A stretch of 43,886 nucleotides of DNA from a candidate division WOR-3 bacterium (GCA_039802085.1 JBDRVU010000001.1:1-43886), one strand, 5' to 3'; counted from the first letter of the stretch, positions 15,927 to 25,824 are shown. Program-made: numbers and translations. The notes: generated from the sequence alone by a model not told the origin.

Positions 15927-18716
15927 ATGCTTTTTATCCTTTTCTTCTTTTCTCTTTCTTCTCTGGATTCCTCCGAGATTGGTCTCATTGAAAAATGCCT
16001 CAATTCCTATCTCATCACCCAAAAAGAGTTATCCTTTGAAAAAAAGTGGGCAATTGATTCTACCTTTATCTTAAAAAAAGTGGCTAAATCCCTTGACCAA
16101 CCCCTTTGGCTTCCCTTTTACTTAGATTCCACCATCCACCGCTCAGATAGTTTAATTGACCTCCTGCCAAAATCACAGGAGATTAGCCTCTCTTCTCTAC
16201 CCGAGATAATTAAGTGCCTCATCAACATTATCCATAATTACCGTAAGGAATTGGTACCCCTCTATCGACAAGAGAAAGGACAAGTTTTATCTCCTGAGGA
16301 ATTGGACTACTTATTATATCTCTCACCCTATCTCTTCTCTGATGAGGAGGATACAACGGACGATTACCTAAAAGGCTTCCTCCATAAAGAGTTTAACCAA
16401 TCAATAAAATTTGATTCCCTAAAATTGCCTTCAGATAGTTTCTTTGTTGTGGTAAAGAAGTTAGATTACGAAGAGATTATCTCCCAATCTATTTCCCATC
16501 TGATGCGCTTTTCCCATTACCTAAAAGGATTAAAAGTCCCCAAGGAGAAGATTGATTGTCCCGGGGTCAAAGGAAAAGTCCATTATTATGAAGAAAATGA
16601 ATTCGGTAAGGTAGTGATTGGTTCAGAAGAAAATAATACTTATTATGAGGAGTTTTCTATCATTATTGACCTGGGCGGAAATGATATCTATCACTCTCCC
16701 AATGGCGCAATTGGCTTTTTCTCCCACCCCTTTTCCGCGATTATTGATTTTTCCGGTAACGACTTCTACCAAACAAAAAGACCTTTTGCCTTTGGGGGCA
16801 GTATCTTTGGCACAAGTATCCTCCTTGACTACCAAGGGAATGATGTCTATCGTGCCTCCGAGTATTCCTTAGGGAGTACCCTTTTTGGTTTAGGGATTCT
16901 CCTTGATTACGAAGGGGACGATTTTTATGAAGGAAAGACCTTCACCCAGGGGGCGGGTTTTTATGGTTTAGGTTTCCTTTTTGATTTTGGGGGTAATGAT
17001 ACCTACCGGGCTTATAACTTTGCCCAAGGCTTTGGTTCTACCTTTGGTTATGGTGCCCTGCTCGACCAATCAGGAAATGACATTTACTATGGGGGTGGCA
17101 AATTCTACCACGAACCACTTCTACCCAAAGACTTTCGCAGTTTTGCCCAGGGCTTTGCGATGGGCTTCCGACCGGATGCCGGCGGAGGCATTGGACTTCT
17201 TTATGATAAGAAAGGTAATGACTTTTATAACGGTGATGTCTTCTCTCAGGGAACGAGTTACTGGTATTCCTTAGGAATGCTCTTTGATAACGAAGGAAAC
17301 GACCAATATCTGGCGACCGAATACGCCCAAGGGGCCGGGATTCATTTAGCTTCTGGCATCCTGGTTGACCGTAATGGCAATGATAACTACTACTCCCGAC
17401 TCGGACCAGCCCAAGGCGAAGGACACGATTTTTCGGTTGGCATCTTAATTGATAGAGATGGTGATGACCACTATTATACCTCCGGTGGTCAGGGAATTGG
17501 TTTGACCAATTCCTTTGGTTTATTTTTAGATGCCAAAGGCGATGATACCTATTTAACCCGGGAGAAGGAGTTTGGTCAGGGCTGGGCAAATCCCTCCCGG
17601 GGATTTGGTGGGATAGGTATCTTCTTAGACCTGGGAGGCGAGGATTTATATCCCAAAGACTTAAAACCAGAAGAAATAACTTATTTCTTCAAAGGCTTTT
17701 ATGGTGCAGGAATTGATCAAAAGGGAAAAAAGGAAGAAAAGGAGGAAGAAGAAGAGCCAGTTGGCGATTTAGCAAACAAAAAAATTGAAGAGGTATTTAA
17801 GGGGGCAAGCGAATGGGAGGTTGGTAGTGCCAAAAAGAGGGTGAGGGAATATCGAAAGGAATTGATAAAAAGAGATACCCTCTCCCTCAAATATATCTTT
17901 TCTGAAAAGATTGCCACGAGGAATAGTTTAGAGTTAAGGGCGATTGAAGAATTTTGCGAATCCCTGCCGGAAAAGGTAATACCTTATTTATTAAAATACC
18001 TCTGGGATGAGAGGAAGGAAGCCCGGGCGAATGTCATCTATCTCTTAGGGAAATTGAAGGTGAAGTTCGCAGTTGATTCCTTAATTTCTGCTCTTAAAGG
18101 CCGGCGGTTGCCGAACGGTAAGATAATCCACAACCGACCCCGATGGATTATCTCCGCCCTCGGGGATATCTTTAAGATTGATTCTGTACCACCCAAAGAG
18201 GATTCCCTTCTGCGGGAAAAAGTTTTATCAGTAATCTTAAAATACCTAAACGATAAATACGAACCAACCCGCATTACCGCCACGGTTGCCTTAGGGAAGA
18301 TAAAAGAAAAAAAGACTCTCCCCTATCTCATAAAAACACTCTCGGACCCAATTTTCACCTGCCGCCAGGCCGCAGAGAATGCCATTAACGATTTTGGGAA
18401 GGGGGCAATTACCGAACTCCTCTTTTTCTTAAAACCATCCGCTAACCATCTTCTTCTCCGTAGTCTTATCTCTTGTCTGGGAAGACAAATTACAACCTTA
18501 AAGGAAGAAGAGGAAAACGAGAAGAAAAAGATTAGAAAAGCCCTCATCCCCTTTCTCTCTTTTCCGAAATCAGAGATTCGCCTGGCTACCATCTCCGCTT
18601 TATCTAACTTTAAGGACGAATACACAAAAAATATCTTAAAGAACCAATTGGCAGAAGAGACCGACCCGATTGTCTTAGATAAATTAAAAGTTATCCTTTA
18701 TGGAATTAATCCGTAA
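15927..18716 (+). CDS. Large uncharacterised protein: hydrophobic N-terminus, twelve ~26-aa 'hhD-x-x-G-(N/D)-D-x-Y' repeats, acidic/Lys linker, C-terminal HEAT/PBS-lyase-like repeats
   Basis: Repeats DLGGNDIY, DFSGNDFY, DYQGNDVY, DYEGDDFY, DFGGNDTY, DQSGNDIY, DKKGNDFY, DNEGNDQY, DRNGNDNY, DRDGDDHY, DAKGDDTY, DLGGEDLY (nt ~16660-17655). KEEKEEEEE linker. The C-terminus has HEAT-like helices (ARANVIYLLGKLK..AVDSLISAL; TRITATVALGKIKEKKTLPYLIKTLSD; IRLATISALSNFKD). Confidence 0.8.
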   Translation: MLFILFFFSLSSLDSSEIGLIEKCLNSYLITQKELSFEKKWAIDSTFILKKVAKSLDQPLWLPFYLDSTIHRSDSLIDLLPKSQEISLSSLPEIIKCLINIIHNYRKELVPLYRQEKGQVLSPEELDYLLYLSPYLFSDEEDTTDDYLKGFLHKEFNQSIKFDSLKLPSDSFFVVVKKLDYEEIISQSISHLMRFSHYLKGLKVPKEKIDCPGVKGKVHYYEENEFGKVVIGSEENNTYYEEFSIIIDLGGNDIYHSPNGAIGFFSHPFSAIIDFSGNDFYQTKRPFAFGGSIFGTSILLDYQGNDVYRASEYSLGSTLFGLGILLDYEGDDFYEGKTFTQGAGFYGLGFLFDFGGNDTYRAYNFAQGFGSTFGYGALLDQSGNDIYYGGGKFYHEPLLPKDFRSFAQGFAMGFRPDAGGGIGLLYDKKGNDFYNGDVFSQGTSYWYSLGMLFDNEGNDQYLATEYAQGAGIHLASGILVDRNGNDNYYSRLGPAQGEGHDFSVGILIDRDGDDHYYTSGGQGIGLTNSFGLFLDAKGDDTYLTREKEFGQGWANPSRGFGGIGIFLDLGGEDLYPKDLKPEEITYFFKGFYGAGIDQKGKKEEKEEEEEPVGDLANKKIEEVFKGASEWEVGSAKKRVREYRKELIKRDTLSLKYIFSEKIATRNSLELRAIEEFCESLPEKVIPYLLKYLWDERKEARANVIYLLGKLKVKFAVDSLISALKGRRLPNGKIIHNRPRWIISALGDIFKIDSVPPKEDSLLREKVLSVILKYLNDKYEPTRITATVALGKIKEKKTLPYLIKTLSDPIFTCRQAAENAINDFGKGAITELLFFLKPSANHLLLRSLISCLGRQITTLKEEEENEKKKIRKALIPFLSFPKSEIRLATISALSNFKDEYTKNILKNQLAEETDPIVLDKLKVILYGINP

Positions 18717-18770
18717 GGATTTTATAAAAGGCTTGCGCCTTAAATCCAATGAACCAGAGAAGGAGGGAAG

Positions 18771-19709
18771 ATGAAATTCGTCTATTCCCCTAAGTATCAG
18801 ATTGATATTGGACCTCATGTCTTCCCTACAGAAAAGTATAAATTGATAAAAGAGAAACTCCTAAGTGAAGGGTTAGCAAAAGAGGAAGAATTTTTGGAAC
18901 CACCCGAGGTTAACTTAGATGATATCCGGCTTGTCCATACCGAAGAATATATACAAGATATGCTCAACCTCCGCTGGACCTCCCGGACGATTCGTTCCGA
19001 ACTACCATTAACCTGGGAGATTATCCAAGCCTATTTTCTTGCTGCCTCCGGCACCATCCTCACCTGTTCTCTCGCCTTGGAAGAAAAAATTGGCTTCCAT
19101 CTCGGTGGCGGTTTCCATCATGCCTTTCCCAATCACGGTGAGGGCTTCTGTTATGTTAACGACATCGCGGTTGCCATCCGAAAGATGCAGAAAGAAAAAA
19201 AGGTGAAAAGGGTGGCAGTGATTGATTGCGATTTACATCAGGGTAACGGCACAGCCCGAATCTTTCAGGATGACCCGGATGTTTTCACCTTCTCTATCCA
19301 TCAGGAAAATCTCTACCCTATCAAAGAAAGAAGTGATTGGGATATTGGACTACCTGATTTTGCCGGCGATGAAATCTATCTTAAACATTTGCGGCCGGCG
19401 GTGCTTAAAATTTACGATTCTCATAAACCGGAATTGATTGTTTATGCCGCCGGTTCTGACCCCTATTATGACGACCAGTTGGGTCTCCTCCAATTAACCA
19501 AAGAAGGCTTAAAAACCAGAGATGAAATTGTCATTCAAGAAGGAGAAAAAAGAGGTATCCCAATTGCTATCGTTTTGGCTGGGGGTTATGCCCGAAAGGT
19601 TGAAGATACCGTGGAAATTCACACCAATACCGCCAAAGTCTGTCTAAAAGTTCTAAATCAATTACCAAAAGAGGAAGCCTCAGAAGAAACACCGGAGGAA
19701 AAAGAGTAA
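18771..19709 (+). CDS. Histone-deacetylase-family (arginase/deacetylase fold) zinc amidohydrolase
   Basis: GGGFHHAFPNHGEGFCYVNDIAVA, DCDLHQGNGT (Zn ligands), LAGGYA (catalytic Tyr). Strong SD GAAGGAGGG lies 4 nt before the ATG. Confidence 0.85.
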   Translation: MKFVYSPKYQIDIGPHVFPTEKYKLIKEKLLSEGLAKEEEFLEPPEVNLDDIRLVHTEEYIQDMLNLRWTSRTIRSELPLTWEIIQAYFLAASGTILTCSLALEEKIGFHLGGGFHHAFPNHGEGFCYVNDIAVAIRKMQKEKKVKRVAVIDCDLHQGNGTARIFQDDPDVFTFSIHQENLYPIKERSDWDIGLPDFAGDEIYLKHLRPAVLKIYDSHKPELIVYAAGSDPYYDDQLGLLQLTKEGLKTRDEIVIQEGEKRGIPIAIVLAGGYARKVEDTVEIHTNTAKVCLKVLNQLPKEEASEETPEEKE

Positions 19710-19712
19710 AAA

Positions 19713-20837
19713 TTGATGGTCATCGCCCTTAGGGAACTAAAAGGCAATTGCCTTCATGATTTTCCCTATAAGAAAGGGAAGAGAAAATGTCCCCATTCCA
19801 TTTTGCTCTCCGCCACCGAATCCGGCTGTTGTCTCTACCGTTGTCCAATCTGTTATGCCCGGGCTTATCCCTGGTCAAAAGAGAACGAAATAGTAATTTA
19901 TAAAAACCTCGTTGAAAAATTGAGAGAGGAAATCAAAAACGCCTACCGCCTGTTTCCAATTTATCTCAGTCAAGTAACCGACCCCTTACAGCCGATAAAG
20001 GAGATAAAAAATCTCACCAAAGGTATTATCTCCCTCCTGATGGAATACAATTTAAGTTTTGGGATTGTGACCAAGAGTGCGGATGGTCCTTTATCTCTCT
20101 TAAAGGAATTACCAGTTCTTCAAGAATATCCTTATTGGTTTCTCACTATCACCATTGAGGCGCCACCAGAAAAACAGATAATTACCAGCCCCTTTGCCAG
20201 TAAAATTCTGGACCGGTTTCGTACCATCTATTATTTTAATAAAATAAAAATCCCCGCTGTTGTTCGGATTGACCCAACTATTTTAGGAATTATGGAGAAG
20301 AGAGATATTATCTACCTAATAGATAGGGCCCAAGAAGCCGGTTCACCTCATATTATCGGCTCCACTGGGTATTTCAATAAAACCTCAATTCTCCGGGTGG
20401 CGGAAAGGATAAAAAAATCTAAATTCTCATCCCGATTAAAAACCTTCTTCTCTTATTATCAGTTTGACCCAGAAAGGATTGCTGACTATCCCGAAAAGAA
20501 GCGTTTCACGGTTCCCTTTTCTTTAAGGGTGCGTTTCCATACCTGGTTGAAGAAAGAAGTAGAAAAAAGGGGGATGACCTATGCGGTCTGCCAGGAATTG
20601 CCCAAGGGATATGATTCAAAAAATATCCCTTCCTGTGAAGGGGCGAAAAATATCTTTGTTCACATTAAGAGTTTACAAGGTAAATTCCAACCCATCCCCT
20701 GCCACGGTGATTGCCTCCGATTTTGCCCTAACAGAGAAAACCCACCCTGCGGTTATCCCAACTTTGCTGATGAATACCCGTTCAAATACAAATCCCTTTT
20801 TTTGCCACCCGTCCAAAAACTTTTTAATATAAATTGA
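19713..20837 (+). CDS. Radical SAM protein of the SplB/'DNA repair photolyase'-like (COG1533-type) class with a Cys-rich C-terminus
   Basis: CLYRCPICYARAY is a CxxxCxxC motif followed by YAR, typical of that class. The C-terminal region is PSCEG...PCHGDCLRFCPNRENPPCG. The start may be ATG 19716 instead of TTG 19713. Confidence 0.7.
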   Translation: MMVIALRELKGNCLHDFPYKKGKRKCPHSILLSATESGCCLYRCPICYARAYPWSKENEIVIYKNLVEKLREEIKNAYRLFPIYLSQVTDPLQPIKEIKNLTKGIISLLMEYNLSFGIVTKSADGPLSLLKELPVLQEYPYWFLTITIEAPPEKQIITSPFASKILDRFRTIYYFNKIKIPAVVRIDPTILGIMEKRDIIYLIDRAQEAGSPHIIGSTGYFNKTSILRVAERIKKSKFSSRLKTFFSYYQFDPERIADYPEKKRFTVPFSLRVRFHTWLKKEVEKRGMTYAVCQELPKGYDSKNIPSCEGAKNIFVHIKSLQGKFQPIPCHGDCLRFCPNRENPPCGYPNFADEYPFKYKSLFLPPVQKLFNIN

Positions 20838-21946
20838 AAGAGATCCTTCATCTCCGGCACCATTTCCTCCCCCTCTCCGAGACATTTACCTATAAAGACA
20901 TAACCGAATTGAAAAACTTCAAAAGCACTGTCTTTTGCCTAAAGAGATTAAATCCAAAGGTCTTCCCCTTCCCAGAAATTTATCAACCAGGCTTTTGGGA
21001 ATCCCTCTCCTACCGTCTCTCCTTTCATTCCCAAACTCTCTCCGACCTCATCGTCCGAAAGGGAATTGCTTTAATCCACTGCCATTTAGGGGTGGAAGGG
21101 ATTTATGGCTTATTCCACAAAAGAAAATTTTCTCTACCACTCGTTGTCTCCTTTCACGGCTTTGAATTCTTTGTCCCCTTTCACAAAAGGTATAAGAACC
21201 CAACTTTCTTTAACTACTGCCGACATTACCGAGAATTAGCTCAGGAAGGAGACATCTTCCTCTGCGTCAGTTCTGCGACCCGCCAGGATTTAATCAGTCT
21301 TGGTTATCCCCCAGAAAAGGTCATCACCCTTTACTTAGGAATTGACCTATCCTCTTTACCCAAAAAAGAAGCATATTTTAATAAGACCCCAAAAATTATC
21401 TTTGTCGGTCGCTTAACCGAAAAGAAGGGGATTTTAATACTCCTTTCCGCCTATAAAAATATCCTCCAGAAATATCCCAATGTCTCCCTCACAATCATTG
21501 GCGATGGCGAATTAAGAAAAAAGGTGGGAAAGAAAATTCGGGAAAACCGATTAGGCGATAGGGTCCTCTGGAAGGGTGCAATTCCTAATCAAGAAGTCTT
21601 AAAAGAGATTGCCGGAAGTGATATCTTTATCCTCCCCAGTTATAAGACAAAAGATGGTAACCAGGAAGGAACACCCTACACCCTTTTTGAAGCCCAAGGG
21701 ATTGGCCTCCCAGTAATCTCCACCTATCACTCGGGAATCCCAGAGATTGTGAAGGATGGCGAAACCGGGTTTTTGGTTAAGGAGCGAGATAGCAAAGAAT
21801 TGGAAGAGAAGTTATCTATCCTTATTGAAAATCCATCATTAAGGAAGGAGATGGGGGAGGCAGGAAGGGAATTTATCAAAAACTTCTCCCGGAAGAAACG
21901 ATTAGAGAAATTAGAAGAAATTTATTCAAAACTCCTCAATGAATAA
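20834..21946 (+). CDS. GT4-family (GT-B) glycosyltransferase
   Basis: C-terminal signature EGTPYTLFEAQGIGLPVISTYHSGIPEIVKDGETGFLV (E-x7-E region). TTG start overlaps the preceding stop (TTGA). Confidence 0.85.
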   Translation: MKEILHLRHHFLPLSETFTYKDITELKNFKSTVFCLKRLNPKVFPFPEIYQPGFWESLSYRLSFHSQTLSDLIVRKGIALIHCHLGVEGIYGLFHKRKFSLPLVVSFHGFEFFVPFHKRYKNPTFFNYCRHYRELAQEGDIFLCVSSATRQDLISLGYPPEKVITLYLGIDLSSLPKKEAYFNKTPKIIFVGRLTEKKGILILLSAYKNILQKYPNVSLTIIGDGELRKKVGKKIRENRLGDRVLWKGAIPNQEVLKEIAGSDIFILPSYKTKDGNQEGTPYTLFEAQGIGLPVISTYHSGIPEIVKDGETGFLVKERDSKELEEKLSILIENPSLRKEMGEAGREFIKNFSRKKRLEKLEEIYSKLLNE

Positions 21947-23228
21947 AATTAGTCCGCTTAAAAATGTCATCTACCTCTTTGGTGGTAGAGGATTCGCTTC
22001 TCTCTTCGGTTTTCTCGCTACCATCTATTGCGCCCAAAAGGTTGGGGTTACTAATTTTGGCTGGCTTTCTTTTGCCCTTTCCCTTGTTTCCTATGCCTTA
22101 ATTTTAACCGATTTCGGGCTTCTCACCTTGGGTGTGAGGAAACTAACCCAATCTCCCACCGAAGAAAAATTCCCTTCTCATTTATTGAGTCTCCGTCTTT
22201 TTTTGGCAACCTTATTTTTTCTTTTCTTACTTCTCCTCACTCATTTATTAAATAAACCGTTACCCGTGAAAAAACTGACACTTGTCTACTCCCTATTTTT
22301 ATTCATCAACTCTTTCTCCTTAGAATGGTTCTTTCAAGCCAAAGAAAGAATGAACTATGTAGGAATAAATCGCATTCTTATCTCCTCCGGCTATCTCTTC
22401 CTCCTTCTCTTGTTAGTAAAAAAAGAACCGGATTATCAGAAAGTTCCGGTTGCCTTTCTTTTTAGTCAGGCGATTGGCACCCTTTTTCTCCTTCTTTCGT
22501 ATAAAAGAGAAGGCAAACCTCTCTCTCTCACCTTTAATCTCCCAACTTTTAAAAACCTTTTCTTGACTGCCCTTCCCTTAGGCATAACCAACATTCTCCA
22601 AATCCTTTATACTTATTTTGGCATCATCCTATTGGGATTTATTGGTCAACCCGAAGAGTTAGGTATTTATAGTGCCATGCACCGAATCCTATTTTCCACC
22701 CTGGTGATTGATTTTGTTGCCAGTTTTCTCTTCCTACCAATAATCTCATCCTTCTACCAAACCCAATTCAATAAACTGCCAAAACTTTTTACCATCCTTA
22801 ACCGACTCCTTCTCTTTTTCACCCTTCTCGTCGTTCTTATCGTTCTCATCTTTGCTCCTTCCCTCATCGGCTTTTTCCTTGGTCGGAATTATCTTCCTGG
22901 AACAAATATCCTCCGCATCCTAATCTTTTTTCTCCCCTTCACCACCCTTTCTACCCTCTACGCCACTGGTCTCATTGCCGGGAAAAGAGAAAAAAAACTT
23001 CTCTTTAATACCCTCGTTGGCACATTGACTAATATCGCCCTGAGTCCCCTTTTCTACTTCCAATTAAATGGTTTGGGAATTGCCTTAGCGTTCGTCTTGG
23101 GTGAATTTGTCATTTTAACCCTCAATCTCATCTCGGTACGAAAGGAGATAAAATTCTCCCTAAGAAAAGGACTAATCCCTATCATCACTAACCAAGAAAT
23201 AAAATTCCTTACTCAAAGGGAGTTATGA
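21939..23228 (+). CDS. Polysaccharide/oligosaccharide flippase (MOP/Wzx-like), polytopic membrane protein
   Basis: 429 aa, roughly 12-14 hydrophobic segments. Wzx-like N-terminus (NVIYLFGGRGFASLFGFLATIY). Embedded between glycosyltransferases and overlaps both neighbours. Confidence 0.78.
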   Translation: MNKISPLKNVIYLFGGRGFASLFGFLATIYCAQKVGVTNFGWLSFALSLVSYALILTDFGLLTLGVRKLTQSPTEEKFPSHLLSLRLFLATLFFLFLLLLTHLLNKPLPVKKLTLVYSLFLFINSFSLEWFFQAKERMNYVGINRILISSGYLFLLLLLVKKEPDYQKVPVAFLFSQAIGTLFLLLSYKREGKPLSLTFNLPTFKNLFLTALPLGITNILQILYTYFGIILLGFIGQPEELGIYSAMHRILFSTLVIDFVASFLFLPIISSFYQTQFNKLPKLFTILNRLLLFFTLLVVLIVLIFAPSLIGFFLGRNYLPGTNILRILIFFLPFTTLSTLYATGLIAGKREKKLLFNTLVGTLTNIALSPLFYFQLNGLGIALAFVLGEFVILTLNLISVRKEIKFSLRKGLIPIITNQEIKFLTQREL

Positions 23229-24562
23229 ATCAAATCCTCTCTGATTTACTAAAAACCGAAGGACTCTTAAAACCTCTCCCGATTGAAAATCATCTTTTTG
23301 ATTTTGACGCCCATTTTCCCATTAAAGCAAAAAAGGGGAAAATAAAATTCCTCTTCCCCCAAAGGAAAGAAATCTTCTCCGGAGTTGGGATAATTGACTT
23401 AGAAAAAAAAGGATTTTTATTTAAGGAAGGAGTTTACGAAAAGGAAGAAGAGGTTAAGATTATTCTCCCCTTCTCTCTAAAGGAAAGCCTCTTAGACACA
23501 AAAGTGAAACCGAGATTTTTCTACTTTCATCCCCGAAAATTCCCTTACGAATTTGTCTCGGCGGTGAGCAAAGGAGAAATTAAAAAGTTATTATTTAATG
23601 CCCTGAGGCAGATTTGCCTCTGGCAGGATATTGAATACCAACACCTCTGGTATTACCCGAAAAATTTTCTTTCGGTTTTCATCTTTCGCCTGGATACCGA
23701 TTTTGCCCGAGAAAGGGAGATAAAAATTACCCACCAGATATTAAGGGAGGTCGGGATTAATGCTACCTGGTTTATCAATAGCAAAGAGCATAAAAGACTT
23801 ATTCCTTTCTTTGCCCATCTCAAAAAAGAAGGGGAAGATATCCAACTCCATTGCTATGCCCATAATCTTTTTCCCGATTACCAAAGAAATTATTTTAATA
23901 TCAAAAAGGGAAAAGAACTCCTTGAAGAAAAAGGTATAGAAGTAAAGGGCTTTGCCAGTCCCTTTGGCCTCTTTAACCAATTTCTCTACGAGGTCCTTTC
24001 CGATTTGGGATTTTCCTTCTCTTCAGAATTTGGCCTCTCTTATGACGACCTTCCATTTTATCCCCGAATTGAAGACAAGAAATTTCCTATCCTCCAGATT
24101 CCGATTCATCCGATGTGTGTCGGAAGACTCTTAGAAGCGGGTTTTAACGAAAAAACAATGATTACCTACTATAAGAACTACATTGATTGGCGCTACGGAA
24201 ACCGTCTGCCGATAATCATTTACGACCATCCCCACCGGCTTGCCCAATTCCCTAATCTGTTCAAAGAACTAATAAATTATGCCAAGAGCAAAGAGAGAAT
24301 TTGGCTGACAACAATGGCAAGGTTTTATCAGTGGTGGAAAGAGAGGGAGCAAGGAGAAGGCCAAATCCATATTATAAACAGAGAAGGGGAATACTTAAAA
24401 GATAGGGAAAAAGAAGAACCAATCAAAAGATTATCTCTTTACTTCCCTTCCAATCTGAGTAAGATTAAAGGAATAAGAAATGGGATAATTCCCAATTTGC
24501 GCCTAAAGGCGAAAAGTATGCTTTGGAAAGTGAATCGCTATCTGAAAGGAAGGACGCAATAA
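23225..24562 (+). CDS. Polysaccharide deacetylase-like (NodB/CE4-type motifs) protein with an unknown ~150-aa N-terminal region
   Basis: Ordered motifs FRLDTD, HCYAH and ASPFG resemble NodB motifs 1-3 (TFDD, H-S/T-x-x-H, R-x-P-Y). The assignment is motif-level only. Confidence 0.55.
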   Translation: MNQILSDLLKTEGLLKPLPIENHLFDFDAHFPIKAKKGKIKFLFPQRKEIFSGVGIIDLEKKGFLFKEGVYEKEEEVKIILPFSLKESLLDTKVKPRFFYFHPRKFPYEFVSAVSKGEIKKLLFNALRQICLWQDIEYQHLWYYPKNFLSVFIFRLDTDFAREREIKITHQILREVGINATWFINSKEHKRLIPFFAHLKKEGEDIQLHCYAHNLFPDYQRNYFNIKKGKELLEEKGIEVKGFASPFGLFNQFLYEVLSDLGFSFSSEFGLSYDDLPFYPRIEDKKFPILQIPIHPMCVGRLLEAGFNEKTMITYYKNYIDWRYGNRLPIIIYDHPHRLAQFPNLFKELINYAKSKERIWLTTMARFYQWWKEREQGEGQIHIINREGEYLKDREKEEPIKRLSLYFPSNLSKIKGIRNGIIPNLRLKAKSMLWKVNRYLKGRTQ

Positions 24563-24564
24563 CC

Positions 24565-25593
24565 ATGCGTATCCTTTTTGGTTCATTACAGGCACTCAAC
24601 CTTATGGAAGGGGGAGCAAAAACCCAGGTTCTGATGCTAAAAAAGTATCTGGAAAGTCTGGGGGTTGAGGTTTCTCTTTTTAGGGACTTTCAAGACTATT
24701 CACCCAAGGACTTTTCCTTATTCCATCTCTTCGCCGCCGAAGGTGGGACCTATCACCTCGGCCGAGTAATTAAAGGTTTGGAAATGAAAATCATCATCTC
24801 CCCCATATTTTATTCCCGCCAATCTCCCCTTAAATTGAAACTGATCAATTCTTCTTTCTCCCTTCTCCGAAGATTCTCTGGCATCTGGACCGAACACCTC
24901 TATGTCAAAGACCTCTGCACGATGGCGGATTGGGTTGCCCCTAATACCCAAAAAGAGAAAGAACTTTTAATTAAAGGCTTAGGAATCAAAAAAGATAAAA
25001 TTACCGTCATACCCAATGGCGTAGAAGAAAGATTCTATTACGCCCAGCCTGATTTATTCTCCGAGACCTATAAATTAAAAGATTTTATCCTCTATACTGG
25101 TCATATCGGTTGGGGCAGGAAAAATGTCCTTCGTCTTTTAAGAGTCTTAGAAAGATTAAAACATCCGGCGGTTTTAATCGGAAAGGTTTTTGATACCGAA
25201 TATACCAAAAAATGCCTAACAATTGTAAAAAGGTGCCCCTGGATAAAAATCATTGACCACCTCCCCCATTCTTCGCCTCTATTAGAATCTGCCTATTCCG
25301 CCTGTTCAGTCTTTGTACTCCCTTCTTTATACGAAACCCCGGGTCTTTCCGCTTTAGAAGCAGGCCTGGCCGGAGCAAATGTTGTCATCACCAAATACGG
25401 AGGAACCGAAGAATATTATAAAGAATTTGCCACTTATATCAACCCTTATTCTGAAAAGAGTATAGAAAAAGGGATTAGGGAAGCATTGGTAAAGAAGAAG
25501 AGTGAGGATTTAAGAGAACATATAAGAAAAAATTTCCTCTGGCAATTCGCCGCCGAAAAACTCCTCTCTCTATACCAAAAATTAATCCAGTAA
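24565..25593 (+). CDS. GT4-family glycosyltransferase
   Basis: VLPSLYETPGLSALEAGLAGANVVITKYGGTEEY. ATG 24565 (MRILFGS) lies 2 nt after the preceding stop. The track start at 24523 is an upstream extension. Confidence 0.85.
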   Translation: MRILFGSLQALNLMEGGAKTQVLMLKKYLESLGVEVSLFRDFQDYSPKDFSLFHLFAAEGGTYHLGRVIKGLEMKIIISPIFYSRQSPLKLKLINSSFSLLRRFSGIWTEHLYVKDLCTMADWVAPNTQKEKELLIKGLGIKKDKITVIPNGVEERFYYAQPDLFSETYKLKDFILYTGHIGWGRKNVLRLLRVLERLKHPAVLIGKVFDTEYTKKCLTIVKRCPWIKIIDHLPHSSPLLESAYSACSVFVLPSLYETPGLSALEAGLAGANVVITKYGGTEEYYKEFATYINPYSEKSIEKGIREALVKKKSEDLREHIRKNFLWQFAAEKLLSLYQKLIQ

Positions 25594-25824
25594 AATAAGC
25601 CAGGTAAGTCAAAAGGTTAAATAAAGAATAGTAGTAATTTGGAGAAGGTTTTTCCACATTTATTATATTGGGAGAAAATTATGAAAATGAGAAATACCTT
25701 TTACTTACCCCTTTTTAACCATTCTCCTATACTCCCATCTTTTTCATCTCTTTGAGAGATTGAATCTTTTTCTTGATCAAAAAGCCAATTGCCCCAGAGT
25801 TTACGCCGCAAACAAGAAAATCCT

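Noticed and set aside
17038-17589. A 183-aa minus-strand ORF, plus the plus-strand ORFs 16618-16872 and 16981-17274.
   Set aside because: These are shadow ORFs inside the repeat region of the 929-aa gene. They give low-complexity His/Arg/Pro-rich translations and have no SD. The sense frame has a coherent repeat architecture.
18728-18741. A small hairpin AAGGC-TTGC-GCCTT between the 929-aa gene and the HDAC-like gene, considered as a terminator.
   Set aside because: The stem is only 5 bp and no T-run follows (AAATCC). It is too weak to call.
25680-25754. A 24-codon ORF (MKMRNTFYLPLFNHSPILPSFSSL) in the convergent spacer after the second GT4 gene.
   Set aside because: There is no SD or promoter. 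It lies in a 3' region between convergent genes, and nothing distinguishes it from chance in A/T-rich DNA.
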